Part shown: positions 20,424 through 30,680 of the stretch, piece by piece
Position numbering within the stretch: the first letter of the stretch is position 1
Layout: each line of letters begins with the position of its first letter
From: an uncultured Staphylococcaceae bacterium
GTDB taxonomy: Bacteria > Bacillota_I > Bacilli_A > ML615J-28 > CAG-313
NCBI GenBank assembly: GCA_964507405.1
Contig: CAZDPJ010000001.1
Span: 10,504 to 74,503 of the forward strand
Length of the DNA stretch: 64,000 nt
Reading direction: 5' to 3'
Position numbers and translations under genes: made by a program
Notes under the pieces: generated by a model
What the model saw: only the letters and a program-made list of their open reading frames with translations
Database searches by the model: none
Told to the model about the DNA's origin: nothing

Positions 20424-21278
20424 ATGGCACTTAATATTGGAGAAGTTAATAAATTTATTGTAAAAAGAGAAACAGATATTAGTTATACTTTAAGTCCTGA
20501 TGATGATGAACTAACAACTTATGTTTTTTTACATTTTAATCAAGCAACAAGACGCCTTACTCCTGGTGAAAAAATAGATGCTTTTCTTTATTATGACCAA
20601 AAGAAACGTCTTTGCGCAACAATGGAAGCACCAATCATTACTACTCATAAATTTGATTTTGTTGAAGTTGTTGATGTACTTGAAAAAGCAGGGGTTTTCG
20701 TAAATATTGGTATTGCAAAAGACATCCTTCTTTCGAAAGATTTCCTACCAGGCAATATAAACCGTTGGCCTAAAAAAGGAGATTTCGTACCTTGTATATT
20801 AATTGAAAAAATGCATCAATTAGTAGCACGTCCAATTATTCCTCAAGATTTACATTTTAGAGAGCCATCACTAAATATAAATGATACTATATCAGGAAGA
20901 GTCGTTAAATTAAGTTCTGAAGGTATAACAATTTGTACAAGTCTTTATCAATTCGTTTATTTACATAAAAGCTATCTTCGTAAGGAATATCACATTGGCG
21001 AAGAAGTTACTTGTAAAATAATACATATTAATGAACAAGGTCATTATCATGCATCAACAATTGAGAAAAAAGAATATGCAAGACTAACAGATAGTGATAT
21101 TATCTTAAACTATTTAAAAAAATTAGGTGGTATTTTACCTCTTGGAAATGCATCAACTCCAGAAGATATTAATCGATATTTTAAAATGAGTAAAAGTGCT
21201 TTTAAAAGAGCAGTAGGCGCATTATATAAGAATAGGTTAATTTCAATTGAAGATCATAAAATAACTTTATTAAATTAA
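20424..21278 (+). CDS. CvfB/YitL-family S1-like RNA-binding protein
   Basis: start at ATG 20424 with GGAGGT RBS; ~285 aa with three S1-like segments and C-terminal winged-helix region. Confidence 0.65.
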   Translation: MALNIGEVNKFIVKRETDISYTLSPDDDELTTYVFLHFNQATRRLTPGEKIDAFLYYDQKKRLCATMEAPIITTHKFDFVEVVDVLEKAGVFVNIGIAKDILLSKDFLPGNINRWPKKGDFVPCILIEKMHQLVARPIIPQDLHFREPSLNINDTISGRVVKLSSEGITICTSLYQFVYLHKSYLRKEYHIGEEVTCKIIHINEQGHYHASTIEKKEYARLTDSDIILNYLKKLGGILPLGNASTPEDINRYFKMSKSAFKRAVGALYKNRLISIEDHKITLLN

Positions 21279-21305
21279 AAAAGTATATATTCTATCTATA
21301 TACTT
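21277..21305. terminator. bidirectional terminator hairpin (AAAAGTATATA-loop-TATATACTTTT)
   Basis: perfect 11-bp stem between convergent cvfB and protease genes. Confidence 0.55.
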
Positions 21306-21374
21306 TTTTAACCATAATATCAAATAAGAAAGATGAAGTCTGAAATTTTATATTCCACACTTCATCTTTTTTTA

Positions 21375-24300
21375 CTATTTAATTGTTACTGTTATAACCG
21401 CTTCTTTATCATTCATGCTAACTACTTTTAATTCAAAATTAGCATTTGAACCATCATACCATTTTACATTTTTGAATACATCATTTACTTGGAATAAATC
21501 ACTATTTGCACTATATTCATTTTCATTTTCAATATCGTTTCCACTATCAGCTTCAACAAGTGAAATTAGTTTATGGTTTGTAGAACTATTATTATATTGA
21601 TAAATATCCCAAATATACCATGCATCTTCAGCTTCTTTTAGAGTAGAATCTATATGATAAATTCTAATGCCTTTAGTACTAAATAATCCAGAAGAACCTG
21701 CTTCTTTTTCATTTAATCCATCAGGAGTATAGAAATCAACAATATAATATTCATCAAAGTATGTTCCATTCCAATTCTTTGGAATAATTAAACAATCGCC
21801 ACTTGAACCAAATGATTTTAAAGTAATAGTCGCACTATCTTCGCCCATTATTAGTGGTGTAACCCAACCAAGAATAGCCTTAGAGAACGCATTATGATCA
21901 CCAACATTATAGTCCATCATATCGCCTCCACCGACACCGCCATCAGGACCAGTTGAAGTATCAGTATCATAATAATCATCAAGTCCTAGTAAATGGCCAG
22001 TTTCATGAATGAATGTTTCTAAATTATATGTAGGATTATATCCAGAAGCAAATGTTTCATCAAGGAAATCATACCCCGCAAGTAAATAGAAATCAGCTTC
22101 CACGGAATCATAATATTCATAATCATCTGTCACATATTCAGATGTATATGCCCACCACATTGAATTATCATCTTCACGATTAATTTCACAGGAATATACT
22201 AAATAAATTGCGTCAATATATCCATCACCATCTGAATCATATTTACTATAATCAATCGTTGCATCATAATATGTAAGTGCAGCTTTTAGTATTTCATAAT
22301 CACCATCTTCAATTGAATCGTAATATGTAGATTTTTTACCTGTACTAAATACTGGTAACACCGTACCTGTAATATTTAAAGCACCATATGAGGCTTTTTT
22401 ATAATAACTTGCGAGACTTTCCCAACCAGTTTCAGCACTTGTTCCAAAAAAGGCAGTTTCAATATTTTTAGCCATATTAGTTGGAGCTAAATAATCAGTG
22501 AAGTCAACAGGAATAACTAGAATTGAAGGATTACCAGTTGAAGGTAGGCCTCGATTAATTCCATATAATGTATCTGTGTCTTTATCATATCCAAGTTCTT
22601 TGATAACATCTTCTAATACTTTTGTATCGGATGGTGCTTCAAATGGTTTACTTTCTTCTAGGGAGACAACAATATTAAATTTAGTTGTAAATGATTCATA
22701 TTTAACTGTTACTTCATATGTTGTTTCAACTAAAGGATTATATTCATGGATAAATTCACAATTATCGTTATTTATTTTAGTAGTTGTATTGTTAGAATAA
22801 CATAATAAAACTTCTAAGTTTTTAATGGCATCATTAAATGATGTATTAGGTTTTACTTTAATTGAAGTTAAATTAGTTTTAATTCCACTTTCTTCAACTT
22901 TTCCTTTTGATATTGTTGTATACTCAGTAATTACAATTTGACATGTATTGTGACAACTAACAACACCATTTGTTATATTAATTGTTTCACCAATAGTTAA
23001 ACTTTTTAAGATAGTAAATATTTCTGTTTTCTTATTTGAACTTACATATTTAGAAATAAATACTGTCGTTTCATTTGTTCCGTCACTAATCTTAAAACTA
23101 TTATCTTTTCCTTCTAATTGATAACTAGAAGGAAGAGAAGATATACTAACTGTTAAATTTACTAAATTACTAATATATTTATTTAAATTATTTTCGCTAA
23201 CACTTGTTAAAGTAACAGGTGTAAGTTCTATTTCATCGTTTGTATATTCTAATGAAGTAATATTGGTTAATTCAACTAAACCACTATAGGTTGTTTTTGT
23301 TCCTTTAACCGTTATACCTTTTCCAAGAGAAGCATAAGATCCAAGTAGTGAAGATTGACCACAATATACATATATTCCACCAGTATGGTCTTCAATATAT
23401 ACATTATTACCTACAACACCACAAATATATCCTTTTGTATATACTACTGTATTATCAGCTGAATTAAGTGCTTCTTCAATTGTAATTGTACTTGGAGTAT
23501 CACTAATTTCAGGTAAAGTAATTTTAACTTTACCAAAATTACTAAATTCAACTTTATAAGTATATTCCATAGTTTCATCACTTGATTTATATTCTGATGT
23601 TGCTTCTATTTTAGTAAGATAATTTTCATTTACAATTAACTTTAAAGTTTTATATGTATCATCTTCATATTCACCAATTATTAAAGATGTAACTTCATGA
23701 ACTTTAGTCATATCTTTTAAAACATATTCACCATTAACTACTTCAAATAAAGATGAATTAATAGCAGATAAATCTAAAATTAGATAACTATATAAATAGT
23801 TTTCATAATCTTCATCATCTTCAGATATAACACTATAATTATCATTATAATCGGGAATATAAACATAACCAACATTATCTTTTTCAGTAAAATATACTAT
23901 ATATGAATAATCATCATATATATAACTAACCTTTAATGTTGTTCCATCATAATCATAATAAATTATTTCAGAATTAGTTAAATCTTTAGATTGATATGAA
24001 TAAGTAAATGAATAATTAGTCATATTATCTAAGGCATCTTTTAAAGAATTTACGACAACTTCTTCTTTTTTCCAGTTAGCCACTAAAGTAATGTTACCAC
24101 TTACTGATTCATCAATACTTGTTATAAATTCACCATTTAAAGTCCAACCTAAGAATTCATAATTAGGTTTTACGGGAGTAGGAAGTTCTTCTAAACCAGT
24201 ACCAGAAACATATGTTTCCGCTGCATCAAGAGGAAGTGCACCACCATTTAATTTATAAAGAATTCTGTATGTTTTATTTAGGGTACTTTCGATTTTCGCA

Positions 24301-24578
24301 TAGAATGTTTTATCACCAGTTGCTGTTTTTTTAATTTGTGTTACTTTACTACCAGTAAAATCACTTGATTCATACCATCCAACAAACCCAGTATCATCTA
24401 GGGGAACTAAGGGAGTTACTTCACCAGAAACATATTCACTCGGTTCATGGTCAATCAAAACACCATCTACATAATATTCAATATCATAGATATTACCATC
24501 ACCATTTGTTACAACACATCCTGTAATACTAACAAATAGTATTAATAAAAATAATATACTTAAAATTTTCTTTTTCAT
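21375..24578 (-). CDS. large lipoprotein with Listeria-Bacteroides repeats and C-terminal M6-like zinc metalloprotease domain
   Basis: 1067 aa; lipobox ITGC; GWYESSDF / YEFLGWTLNG repeats; HETGHLLGLDDYYD (HExxHxxGxxD) near C-terminus. Confidence 0.6.
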   Translation of the reverse strand: MKKKILSILFLLILFVSITGCVVTNGDGNIYDIEYYVDGVLIDHEPSEYVSGEVTPLVPLDDTGFVGWYESSDFTGSKVTQIKKTATGDKTFYAKIESTLNKTYRILYKLNGGALPLDAAETYVSGTGLEELPTPVKPNYEFLGWTLNGEFITSIDESVSGNITLVANWKKEEVVVNSLKDALDNMTNYSFTYSYQSKDLTNSEIIYYDYDGTTLKVSYIYDDYSYIVYFTEKDNVGYVYIPDYNDNYSVISEDDEDYENYLYSYLILDLSAINSSLFEVVNGEYVLKDMTKVHEVTSLIIGEYEDDTYKTLKLIVNENYLTKIEATSEYKSSDETMEYTYKVEFSNFGKVKITLPEISDTPSTITIEEALNSADNTVVYTKGYICGVVGNNVYIEDHTGGIYVYCGQSSLLGSYASLGKGITVKGTKTTYSGLVELTNITSLEYTNDEIELTPVTLTSVSENNLNKYISNLVNLTVSISSLPSSYQLEGKDNSFKISDGTNETTVFISKYVSSNKKTEIFTILKSLTIGETINITNGVVSCHNTCQIVITEYTTISKGKVEESGIKTNLTSIKVKPNTSFNDAIKNLEVLLCYSNNTTTKINNDNCEFIHEYNPLVETTYEVTVKYESFTTKFNIVVSLEESKPFEAPSDTKVLEDVIKELGYDKDTDTLYGINRGLPSTGNPSILVIPVDFTDYLAPTNMAKNIETAFFGTSAETGWESLASYYKKASYGALNITGTVLPVFSTGKKSTYYDSIEDGDYEILKAALTYYDATIDYSKYDSDGDGYIDAIYLVYSCEINREDDNSMWWAYTSEYVTDDYEYYDSVEADFYLLAGYDFLDETFASGYNPTYNLETFIHETGHLLGLDDYYDTDTSTGPDGGVGGGDMMDYNVGDHNAFSKAILGWVTPLIMGEDSATITLKSFGSSGDCLIIPKNWNGTYFDEYYIVDFYTPDGLNEKEAGSSGLFSTKGIRIYHIDSTLKEAEDAWYIWDIYQYNNSSTNHKLISLVEADSGNDIENENEYSANSDLFQVNDVFKNVKWYDGSNANFELKVVSMNDKEAVITVTIK

Positions 24579-24590
24579 CTTTTTTCCTTT

Positions 24591-25091
24591 CTAGCATCCA
24601 CAATCATCGGTGCCACTTACGACATCTATTACATCGTTATTATATTTTATAAGGCTGTTATATCCATTTTCATAGACGTATATTTTTTTATAATTTTGAT
24701 TAAATAATTTTATTGCTTCTTGTTTAGCAATTGAGCCATCACTATCAATTAAGAAAATTGTTAATGATGTACTGTAATTAAGTTTCATCCATTGTCTAAA
24801 GTTTTCACTCATTCTGGCTTCATATTCTGAGTCAGATTCTGAAGTATTTCTTGTTTTATAATACTGATAACTAATAAAACCTTTTAAATGCCCTTCAGCA
24901 TATTCTTCATTTAAATTTCTTAAATCGATTGCGACAAAGCCATGTTTTTCATCAGATAAAAAATCATAATATGCATCTATATATTTCTTTCCATCATCTT
25001 CTGATATTACTTTAACTTTTTTACAACTTGTAAAACTTAAGATAATAATACTAAATACAAGTATTGTTAATAATCTTCTAATTTTGTTCAT
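24591..25091 (-). CDS. small lipoprotein, possibly rhodanese-like domain lacking catalytic Cys
   Basis: 166 aa; lipobox FTSC; 14-nt overlap with trmD stop; weak rhodanese-like pattern AIDLRNLNEEYAEGHLKGFI. Confidence 0.3.
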   Translation of the reverse strand: MNKIRRLLTILVFSIIILSFTSCKKVKVISEDDGKKYIDAYYDFLSDEKHGFVAIDLRNLNEEYAEGHLKGFISYQYYKTRNTSESDSEYEARMSENFRQWMKLNYSTSLTIFLIDSDGSIAKQEAIKLFNQNYKKIYVYENGYNSLIKYNNDVIDVVSGTDDCGC

Positions 25092-25806
25092 TTTTAATAT
25101 CCTCTAACATCTTTTTATCTTCAATAGATAAAGTGGCTTTTTCTAATATATCAGGGCGAACATTATAAGTCTTTTTAAGAGACATATAACGTTGCCATTT
25201 TTTGATATTTGCATGATGACCTGAAATTAAAACATCAGGCACTTTTTTTCCATCATAAATTTGAGGTCTCGTATATTGAGGATACTCAAGCAAATTATCA
25301 CTAAATGATTCATCTAATGGCGAATTCTCACTTATTACACCAGGAACAAGTCTACTGATGGCATCCATTATGATTCCTGCCGGCATTTCCCCTCCTGTTA
25401 ATACATAATCACCAATAGATATTTCATCATCAACATAATCTAAAACTCTAGCGTCAATTCCTTCATAATGGCCACAAATAATAACAATATGTGATTCTTT
25501 TGATAATTCTTTCGCCATTTGTTGAGTAAATACTTTACCACTAGGTGAAGTTAAAATTACACGAGCATCCTGATAATTATCTAAACTTTCAAGTGCACGG
25601 TGAATAGGGTCAACTCTGATTAACATACCAGCACCACCACTATAAGCATAATCATCGACAGTAGAATGCTTATTACCAGAAAATTCTCTAAAATTAATTA
25701 AATTACATTCTATTAATTTATTATCAATAGCTCTTTTTAAAATTGAACTATTAATTAAGCCTTCTAACATTTCGGGAAATAGCGTTAATATATCAAACTT
25801 TATCAT
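25078..25806 (-). CDS. trmD: tRNA (guanine37-N1)-methyltransferase
   Basis: 242 aa; canonical TrmD sequence (ILTLFPEM..., YEGIDARV, VLTGGE). Confidence 0.9.
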   Translation of the reverse strand: MIKFDILTLFPEMLEGLINSSILKRAIDNKLIECNLINFREFSGNKHSTVDDYAYSGGAGMLIRVDPIHRALESLDNYQDARVILTSPSGKVFTQQMAKELSKESHIVIICGHYEGIDARVLDYVDDEISIGDYVLTGGEMPAGIIMDAISRLVPGVISENSPLDESFSDNLLEYPQYTRPQIYDGKKVPDVLISGHHANIKKWQRYMSLKKTYNVRPDILEKATLSIEDKKMLEDIKNEQN

Positions 25807-26303
25807 CTTAATCCCTCTATTTCTTCAATAATAATTGAATCATCATTTATTTTTTTAATAAATGCATCAACAAAAGGAACTAGAAATTTATGATTATCTT
25901 TACTAATTTCTAGTAAATAGCCACTAGGTATTTCTATTACTTCACTAATTATACCTAATAATTCATCACAGGTATTATAAGCATTAAGACCTATTAATTG
26001 GTCAATATAATATTCATTTTCATCAAGGGGAGGAATATCTAATGAACTTGTATATATCTTCAAACCTACATTATCTAATACTTTATTAATATCATAAAGT
26101 TCATCGATTGTAATTAATACATTGCCTTTATGAAATCGAAAAGATGATACTGTATGTTCGGTATTGTTACTAAATATTATTAAAGCTCCCTTTCGAAAAC
26201 GATAATCAATAAAGTCACTTTCACTATGAACTTTAAGTTCTCCTTTGATTCCAAAGGTTCCTGTTATTTGTCCTATTAAGATTAAATCATTCTTGTTTTT
26301 CAT
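25803..26303 (-). CDS. rimM: 16S rRNA processing protein RimM
   Basis: 166 aa; IGQITGTFGIKGELKV; start ATG overlaps cadA stop by 1 nt (TAATG). Confidence 0.85.
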   Translation of the reverse strand: MKNKNDLILIGQITGTFGIKGELKVHSESDFIDYRFRKGALIIFSNNTEHTVSSFRFHKGNVLITIDELYDINKVLDNVGLKIYTSSLDIPPLDENEYYIDQLIGLNAYNTCDELLGIISEVIEIPSGYLLEISKDNHKFLVPFVDAFIKKINDDSIIIEEIEGLR

Positions 26304-28813
26304 TAGCTTTTTTTCTTTCTTTTTTTTACTTTAAAATTATAATCAAACATGATTAACATTGAATTAAATATCGCAAGTAGGGAAACACCAACATCTGAGA
26401 AAATGGCAAGCCATAAAGGTACAGGTTGTGATGGAACAAGAGCAAGAACCATTACAATTACTTTTATTGCAAGAGAGAATACAATGTTTTCATATACTTT
26501 TAATCTAGTTGTTTTAGCAAGACTAATAACTTGAGGTAATTTATTTAAATCATCACTCATAATAACAACATCAGATATGGCGATAGTCGCATCACTTCCC
26601 GTTGTTCCCATAGCAATTCCGACATCACTAGTTGCGATTGCTGGAGCGTCATTAATTCCATCACCAACAAAGATGGTTTTACCTTTTTTCGCACTATCTC
26701 TTATTTCTTGTAATTTTTCTACTTTTTCATTAGGTAATAATTCAGAATATACAGTATCAATATTTAATGTTTTCGCAACACTTTCACCAATACCTTTACT
26801 ATCACCAGTTAAAATATAGAATTTTTCAACACCTTGTTTTCTTAATTTATCGATTGCTTCTTTTGCTTCTTCACGAATAGTATCACCAATAATAACATAC
26901 CCTAAATATTGTTTTTCTTTCACAACATAAATAACTAAACCATTTGCTTCTACAACTGGTACTTCTATTTTCAAAGATTGCATTAATCTTAAATTACCAA
27001 CCACTACTTTTTTTCCATTAATTACTGCTTTCGCACCACCTTGGATGCTTGCGAAATCGGAGATTATTTCCGAATAAATATTTTCACGTCCATAATCATC
27101 AACTATTGATGACCCAATAGGATGATTGGAATAAAACTCAGTATACATTAAATTACGAAGTACTTCATCATCACTAGAAGTTTCCTCACTTACTACCTTA
27201 GTAATTTTAAATTCACCTTTAGTTAGGGTTCCCGTTTTATCAAAAACAACATTTTCAGGATTATTTAATGCTTCTAAATAATTGCTTCCTTTTATTAAAA
27301 TACCATTCTTACTTGATACCCCAATACCAAGGAAGAAACTTAAAGGAATTGAAATTACTAAAGCACATGGACAAGAAATTACTAAAAATACCATTGCGCG
27401 ATAAACCCAACTTACAACTAAATTCCAAACTCCATCAGTATAGCTTCCTAACGTAAATTGCATTAAGAACCCCGTTAAGCTACATACAAAAGCTAAGAAT
27501 AATAAGGTAGGAGTATAATATTTTGAAAACTTAGTAATGAAATTTTCAGACTTTGATTTGGAAGTTGAAGCATTTTCAACCATATCAATAATTTTAGTTA
27601 TCATTGATTCTGAATATGGTCTTATTACTTTAATTTCAATCATTTGGCCCATATTAACACTACCAGCCATAATTTCTTCATTCTTTTTTACACTTCTATG
27701 GATTGCTTCTCCTGTTAAGTTTTTAGTATCAAGTATAGCATGATTATCAAGTAAGATACCATCAAGCGGAATCATTTCCCCTTTATTAACAACAATAATA
27801 TCATCTGGTAATATACTTTCAACATCTATTTCAATGATTTCATCATTTTTCTTTAATTTAGCTATTTTAACATCTAGTTTTAATAATTCTTCAATAGACT
27901 TTCTACTCTTATTTACAGCATAATGTTGGAGCGTTTCTCCGATTTGAAATAACGCCATAACAAGGATTGCCTCAACATAATGAGTAGTGACTATCGCCCC
28001 AATACTTGCAATTGTCATCAATGAATTTTCATCAAAAAACTGACGTCGATAAAGGTTTTTAAAAAAGCGAATAATAATTGGGTACCCAATTAAAATATAT
28101 GTACATATCATTAAAACTACATGCGTTATTAAGAAACCATTAGGATCTTGATTTAAGGCATCATCATGATTAAAGATAAGTGACCAGTCTTCAAGTTTAA
28201 ATTCAATTAAAAATAACATTCCAATAACAAATGTTAAAATACCTAAGATAATTGATATTTTTCTTAAGGTATAGAAATTTTTAGTTTCTTGCTTTACAAT
28301 TTTTTCTTTATCTGTTTTTCTTGTTACAACAATTCTATCATCTACTTTATGGGAAATCTCGGTAACAAGTTCGGTAATATTTTTCATTTGTTCTTCATCT
28401 GAGCTTTCAATTATAAAACGAAAGCTTGTATAGTCAACTAATATCTTTTCATAACTAAGTGTTTTTTTAGCAATCGTTTCAATTCTTGTTGCGCAATGAG
28501 CACAATCTAGGCCGTTTAAATATAAAACATCTCGATATACTTTTTTATTTACCACTTGTTCTAACGATACTTTTTTCTCGTATTTAGCCAGTACTTTTAA
28601 TATTTTTTCTTCTATTTCACTAATTTTCTTATCAACAACTTTTTCTTTATCGTTAAACTTATATTCTAATCTTAGAATATCTTTTTCTTTATCAATTGTT
28701 ACACTTTCAACATATTTGATTTTATTTATATCATGAATTACTCTTCGTATATTTTTGGTATTTACTTTACTAATTTGATAATTTCTAATTATTTCATTCA
28801 TTTTAATCACCAC
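26303..28813 (-). CDS. cadA: heavy-metal (Cd/Zn/Co-type) translocating P1B-type ATPase
   Basis: 836 aa; two N-terminal HMA motifs GLDCAHCATRIE, CPC motif SCPCALVISIP, DKTGTLT, GDGINDAP. Confidence 0.85.
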   Translation of the reverse strand: MVIKMNEIIRNYQISKVNTKNIRRVIHDINKIKYVESVTIDKEKDILRLEYKFNDKEKVVDKKISEIEEKILKVLAKYEKKVSLEQVVNKKVYRDVLYLNGLDCAHCATRIETIAKKTLSYEKILVDYTSFRFIIESSDEEQMKNITELVTEISHKVDDRIVVTRKTDKEKIVKQETKNFYTLRKISIILGILTFVIGMLFLIEFKLEDWSLIFNHDDALNQDPNGFLITHVVLMICTYILIGYPIIIRFFKNLYRRQFFDENSLMTIASIGAIVTTHYVEAILVMALFQIGETLQHYAVNKSRKSIEELLKLDVKIAKLKKNDEIIEIDVESILPDDIIVVNKGEMIPLDGILLDNHAILDTKNLTGEAIHRSVKKNEEIMAGSVNMGQMIEIKVIRPYSESMITKIIDMVENASTSKSKSENFITKFSKYYTPTLLFLAFVCSLTGFLMQFTLGSYTDGVWNLVVSWVYRAMVFLVISCPCALVISIPLSFFLGIGVSSKNGILIKGSNYLEALNNPENVVFDKTGTLTKGEFKITKVVSEETSSDDEVLRNLMYTEFYSNHPIGSSIVDDYGRENIYSEIISDFASIQGGAKAVINGKKVVVGNLRLMQSLKIEVPVVEANGLVIYVVKEKQYLGYVIIGDTIREEAKEAIDKLRKQGVEKFYILTGDSKGIGESVAKTLNIDTVYSELLPNEKVEKLQEIRDSAKKGKTIFVGDGINDAPAIATSDVGIAMGTTGSDATIAISDVVIMSDDLNKLPQVISLAKTTRLKVYENIVFSLAIKVIVMVLALVPSQPVPLWLAIFSDVGVSLLAIFNSMLIMFDYNFKVKKRKKKS

Positions 28814-29111
28814 TAGTAAAGTTATTTATACTTGATTCAATAATTGATTTAACATTATTATTGTTAAGTGTATAATATACTTCTTTGCCTTTCTTTTCTG
28901 ATTTTAAAATTCCCGCATCTTTTAAGACTCTTAAATGATGTGAAATTGAAGGTTGACTTAGATTTATATGTTTAGTTATTTCACTAACATTAGCAACTTT
29001 ATCCATTAAATAAATAATAATTGATAATCGTGATGAATCACCCATAAGTGATAGCGTCATAGCTAACTTATCTACATTTTCAATGGTAGGCATATTCATA
29101 CTATTTTTCAC
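28803..29111 (-). CDS. cadC: ArsR/SmtB-family metalloregulator (CadC-like)
   Basis: 102 aa; HTH ...ISHHLRVLKDAGIL...; immediately upstream of P-type ATPase. Confidence 0.75.
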   Translation of the reverse strand: MKNSMNMPTIENVDKLAMTLSLMGDSSRLSIIIYLMDKVANVSEITKHINLSQPSISHHLRVLKDAGILKSEKKGKEVYYTLNNNNVKSIIESSINNFTSGD

Positions 29112-29120
29112 CCTTTCTTT

Positions 29121-29151
29121 TATATCAATATATGTTTATATATCAATATAT
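29121..29151. promoter_or_regulatory. two identical 13-bp direct repeats TATATCAATATAT spaced 5 bp apart, 10 bp upstream of cadC start
   Basis: read directly from sequence (29121-29133 and 29139-29151). Confidence 0.35.
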
Positions 29152-29207
29152 ATTATATACTATTTCACTTTTTTTTGCAAGTTAAAAAGGTACAATTACT
29201 GTACCTT

Positions 29208-30053
29208 TCAATTTTTTCTTTTAACAATTTCACAATTTCCTTTATATTTGGCATTGTAATTAATTATTTCGTCGCATTCATCAAATATAATTTTACCACT
29301 TAATGGATTTTTGATGGATATGATTTTACCAATAATACTAGCACTTACTTCACTATATTCAAACGCTAAATCACCATCAATTATTTCACAATCTACAAGT
29401 TCTAAGTTTTTTACATAACAAAGAGGCTGTGTACCAATAATTTTACATCTAACAAATTTGATATTAGATGCATACCATCCTAGGTATTCACCTTTAATCA
29501 CCGAATCATAAACAGTAACATTATTAGCATGCCAAAATGCATCTTTTGTATTAAGAGTACTATTTTTAATTTCTAAATTATTAACATACTGAAATGAATA
29601 TTTTCCTGAAAAATTTAAATTATCAATCGTAACATTATTACTTTCAAAAAATGCATATTCACTATTTACCGATGATGATTTAATTGTTATTGTATTACTT
29701 TTCCAAGAAAATTCAGCTGATGTAATTGATGAATCAACTATATTTATATTTTTACATTCACGTAATGCTTTGACCCCATTTAGTTCTGTATTATTAATTT
29801 CAATATTATTACTATACCATAAAGGAGCACGACAATTTAGAGTAAATAGTGAATCGTTGATTTGAATATTATTTACATGCCAAAAAGGATATCTTAAATC
29901 CATAAAACATTTATCAATTAAAACATTACTACTTTCTTTTAAAGCTGACTCCCCATCAGCTTCACCTTTAAATGAGCAATTAATTAAATGAATATTTGAT
30001 TCATTATATAAAGCTCTTTCTTCTTCGAATTGTTTATTTTCTATTATTTTCAT
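29208..30053 (-). CDS. DUF3737-family protein (parallel beta-helix repeats)
   Basis: 281 aa with repeated ~22-aa N/V/I-rich units (YPFWHVNNIQI, WYSNNIEI, FWHANNVTVYDS, GEYLGWYASNIKFVRC, GTQPLCY) resembling DUF3737. Confidence 0.5.
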   Translation of the reverse strand: MKIIENKQFEEERALYNESNIHLINCSFKGEADGESALKESSNVLIDKCFMDLRYPFWHVNNIQINDSLFTLNCRAPLWYSNNIEINNTELNGVKALRECKNINIVDSSITSAEFSWKSNTITIKSSSVNSEYAFFESNNVTIDNLNFSGKYSFQYVNNLEIKNSTLNTKDAFWHANNVTVYDSVIKGEYLGWYASNIKFVRCKIIGTQPLCYVKNLELVDCEIIDGDLAFEYSEVSASIIGKIISIKNPLSGKIIFDECDEIINYNAKYKGNCEIVKRKN

Positions 30054-30098
30054 ATATCACCTATTTAAAAAATTATCCGGTCTCCCAGATAATTTGAT

Positions 30099-30362
30099 TT
30101 ACTCAATACTTGTAAATTCTACCGTAACATGTTGTTCATTACGTGTTGCGGCAGCATGAGTTAAAGTTCTAATGGCACTCGCTACTCGACCATGTTTGCC
30201 GATTATTCTACCAAGATCATTGGGATGTACTTTTACAGTAACAGCTAATTCATTATCACTTGCTGTTTCTACTAGAACAACTACCTCTGATGGGCGAGTT
30301 ACAAGTGGCTTAACTAATCCTCCAACTAATGTTTCGTAATTAATATCAGCCATAAAGTTCAC
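30099..30362 (-). CDS. KH-domain RNA-binding protein (YlqC-like)
   Basis: 87 aa; GRIIGKHGRVASAIRTL KH motif; directly downstream of rpsP. Confidence 0.75.
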   Translation of the reverse strand: MNFMADINYETLVGGLVKPLVTRPSEVVVLVETASDNELAVTVKVHPNDLGRIIGKHGRVASAIRTLTHAAATRNEQHVTVEFTSIE

Positions 30363-30638
30363 CTATTTAGTAGTGTTTTCTTTATTCGCAAACTTAGCTA
30401 TAATGCCTTCTTTTGATAATAAAGATTTTACAGTATCAGTAGGTTTTGCACCATTATTTAACCAACCTAATACTTTTTCTTCATCGAATTTTACAGTAGC
30501 AGGAGTAGTTAAAGGATTGTATGTGCCAACAATTTCAATAAAACGACCATCACGTGGGTTTCTTGAATCAGTTACAACTATACGATAAAATGGTTTTTTC
30601 TTAGAACCAAATCTTTGTGATCTTATTTTTACAGACAT
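30363..30638 (-). CDS. rpsP: 30S ribosomal protein S16
   Basis: 91 aa; [22 protein letters not shown]. Confidence 0.9.
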   Translation of the reverse strand: MSVKIRSQRFGSKKKPFYRIVVTDSRNPRDGRFIEIVGTYNPLTTPATVKFDEEKVLGWLNNGAKPTDTVKSLLSKEGIIAKFANKENTTK

Positions 30639-30680
30639 ATTATAATCCTCCTTATGTTCTTTTTTATTAAATCCTCAAAT

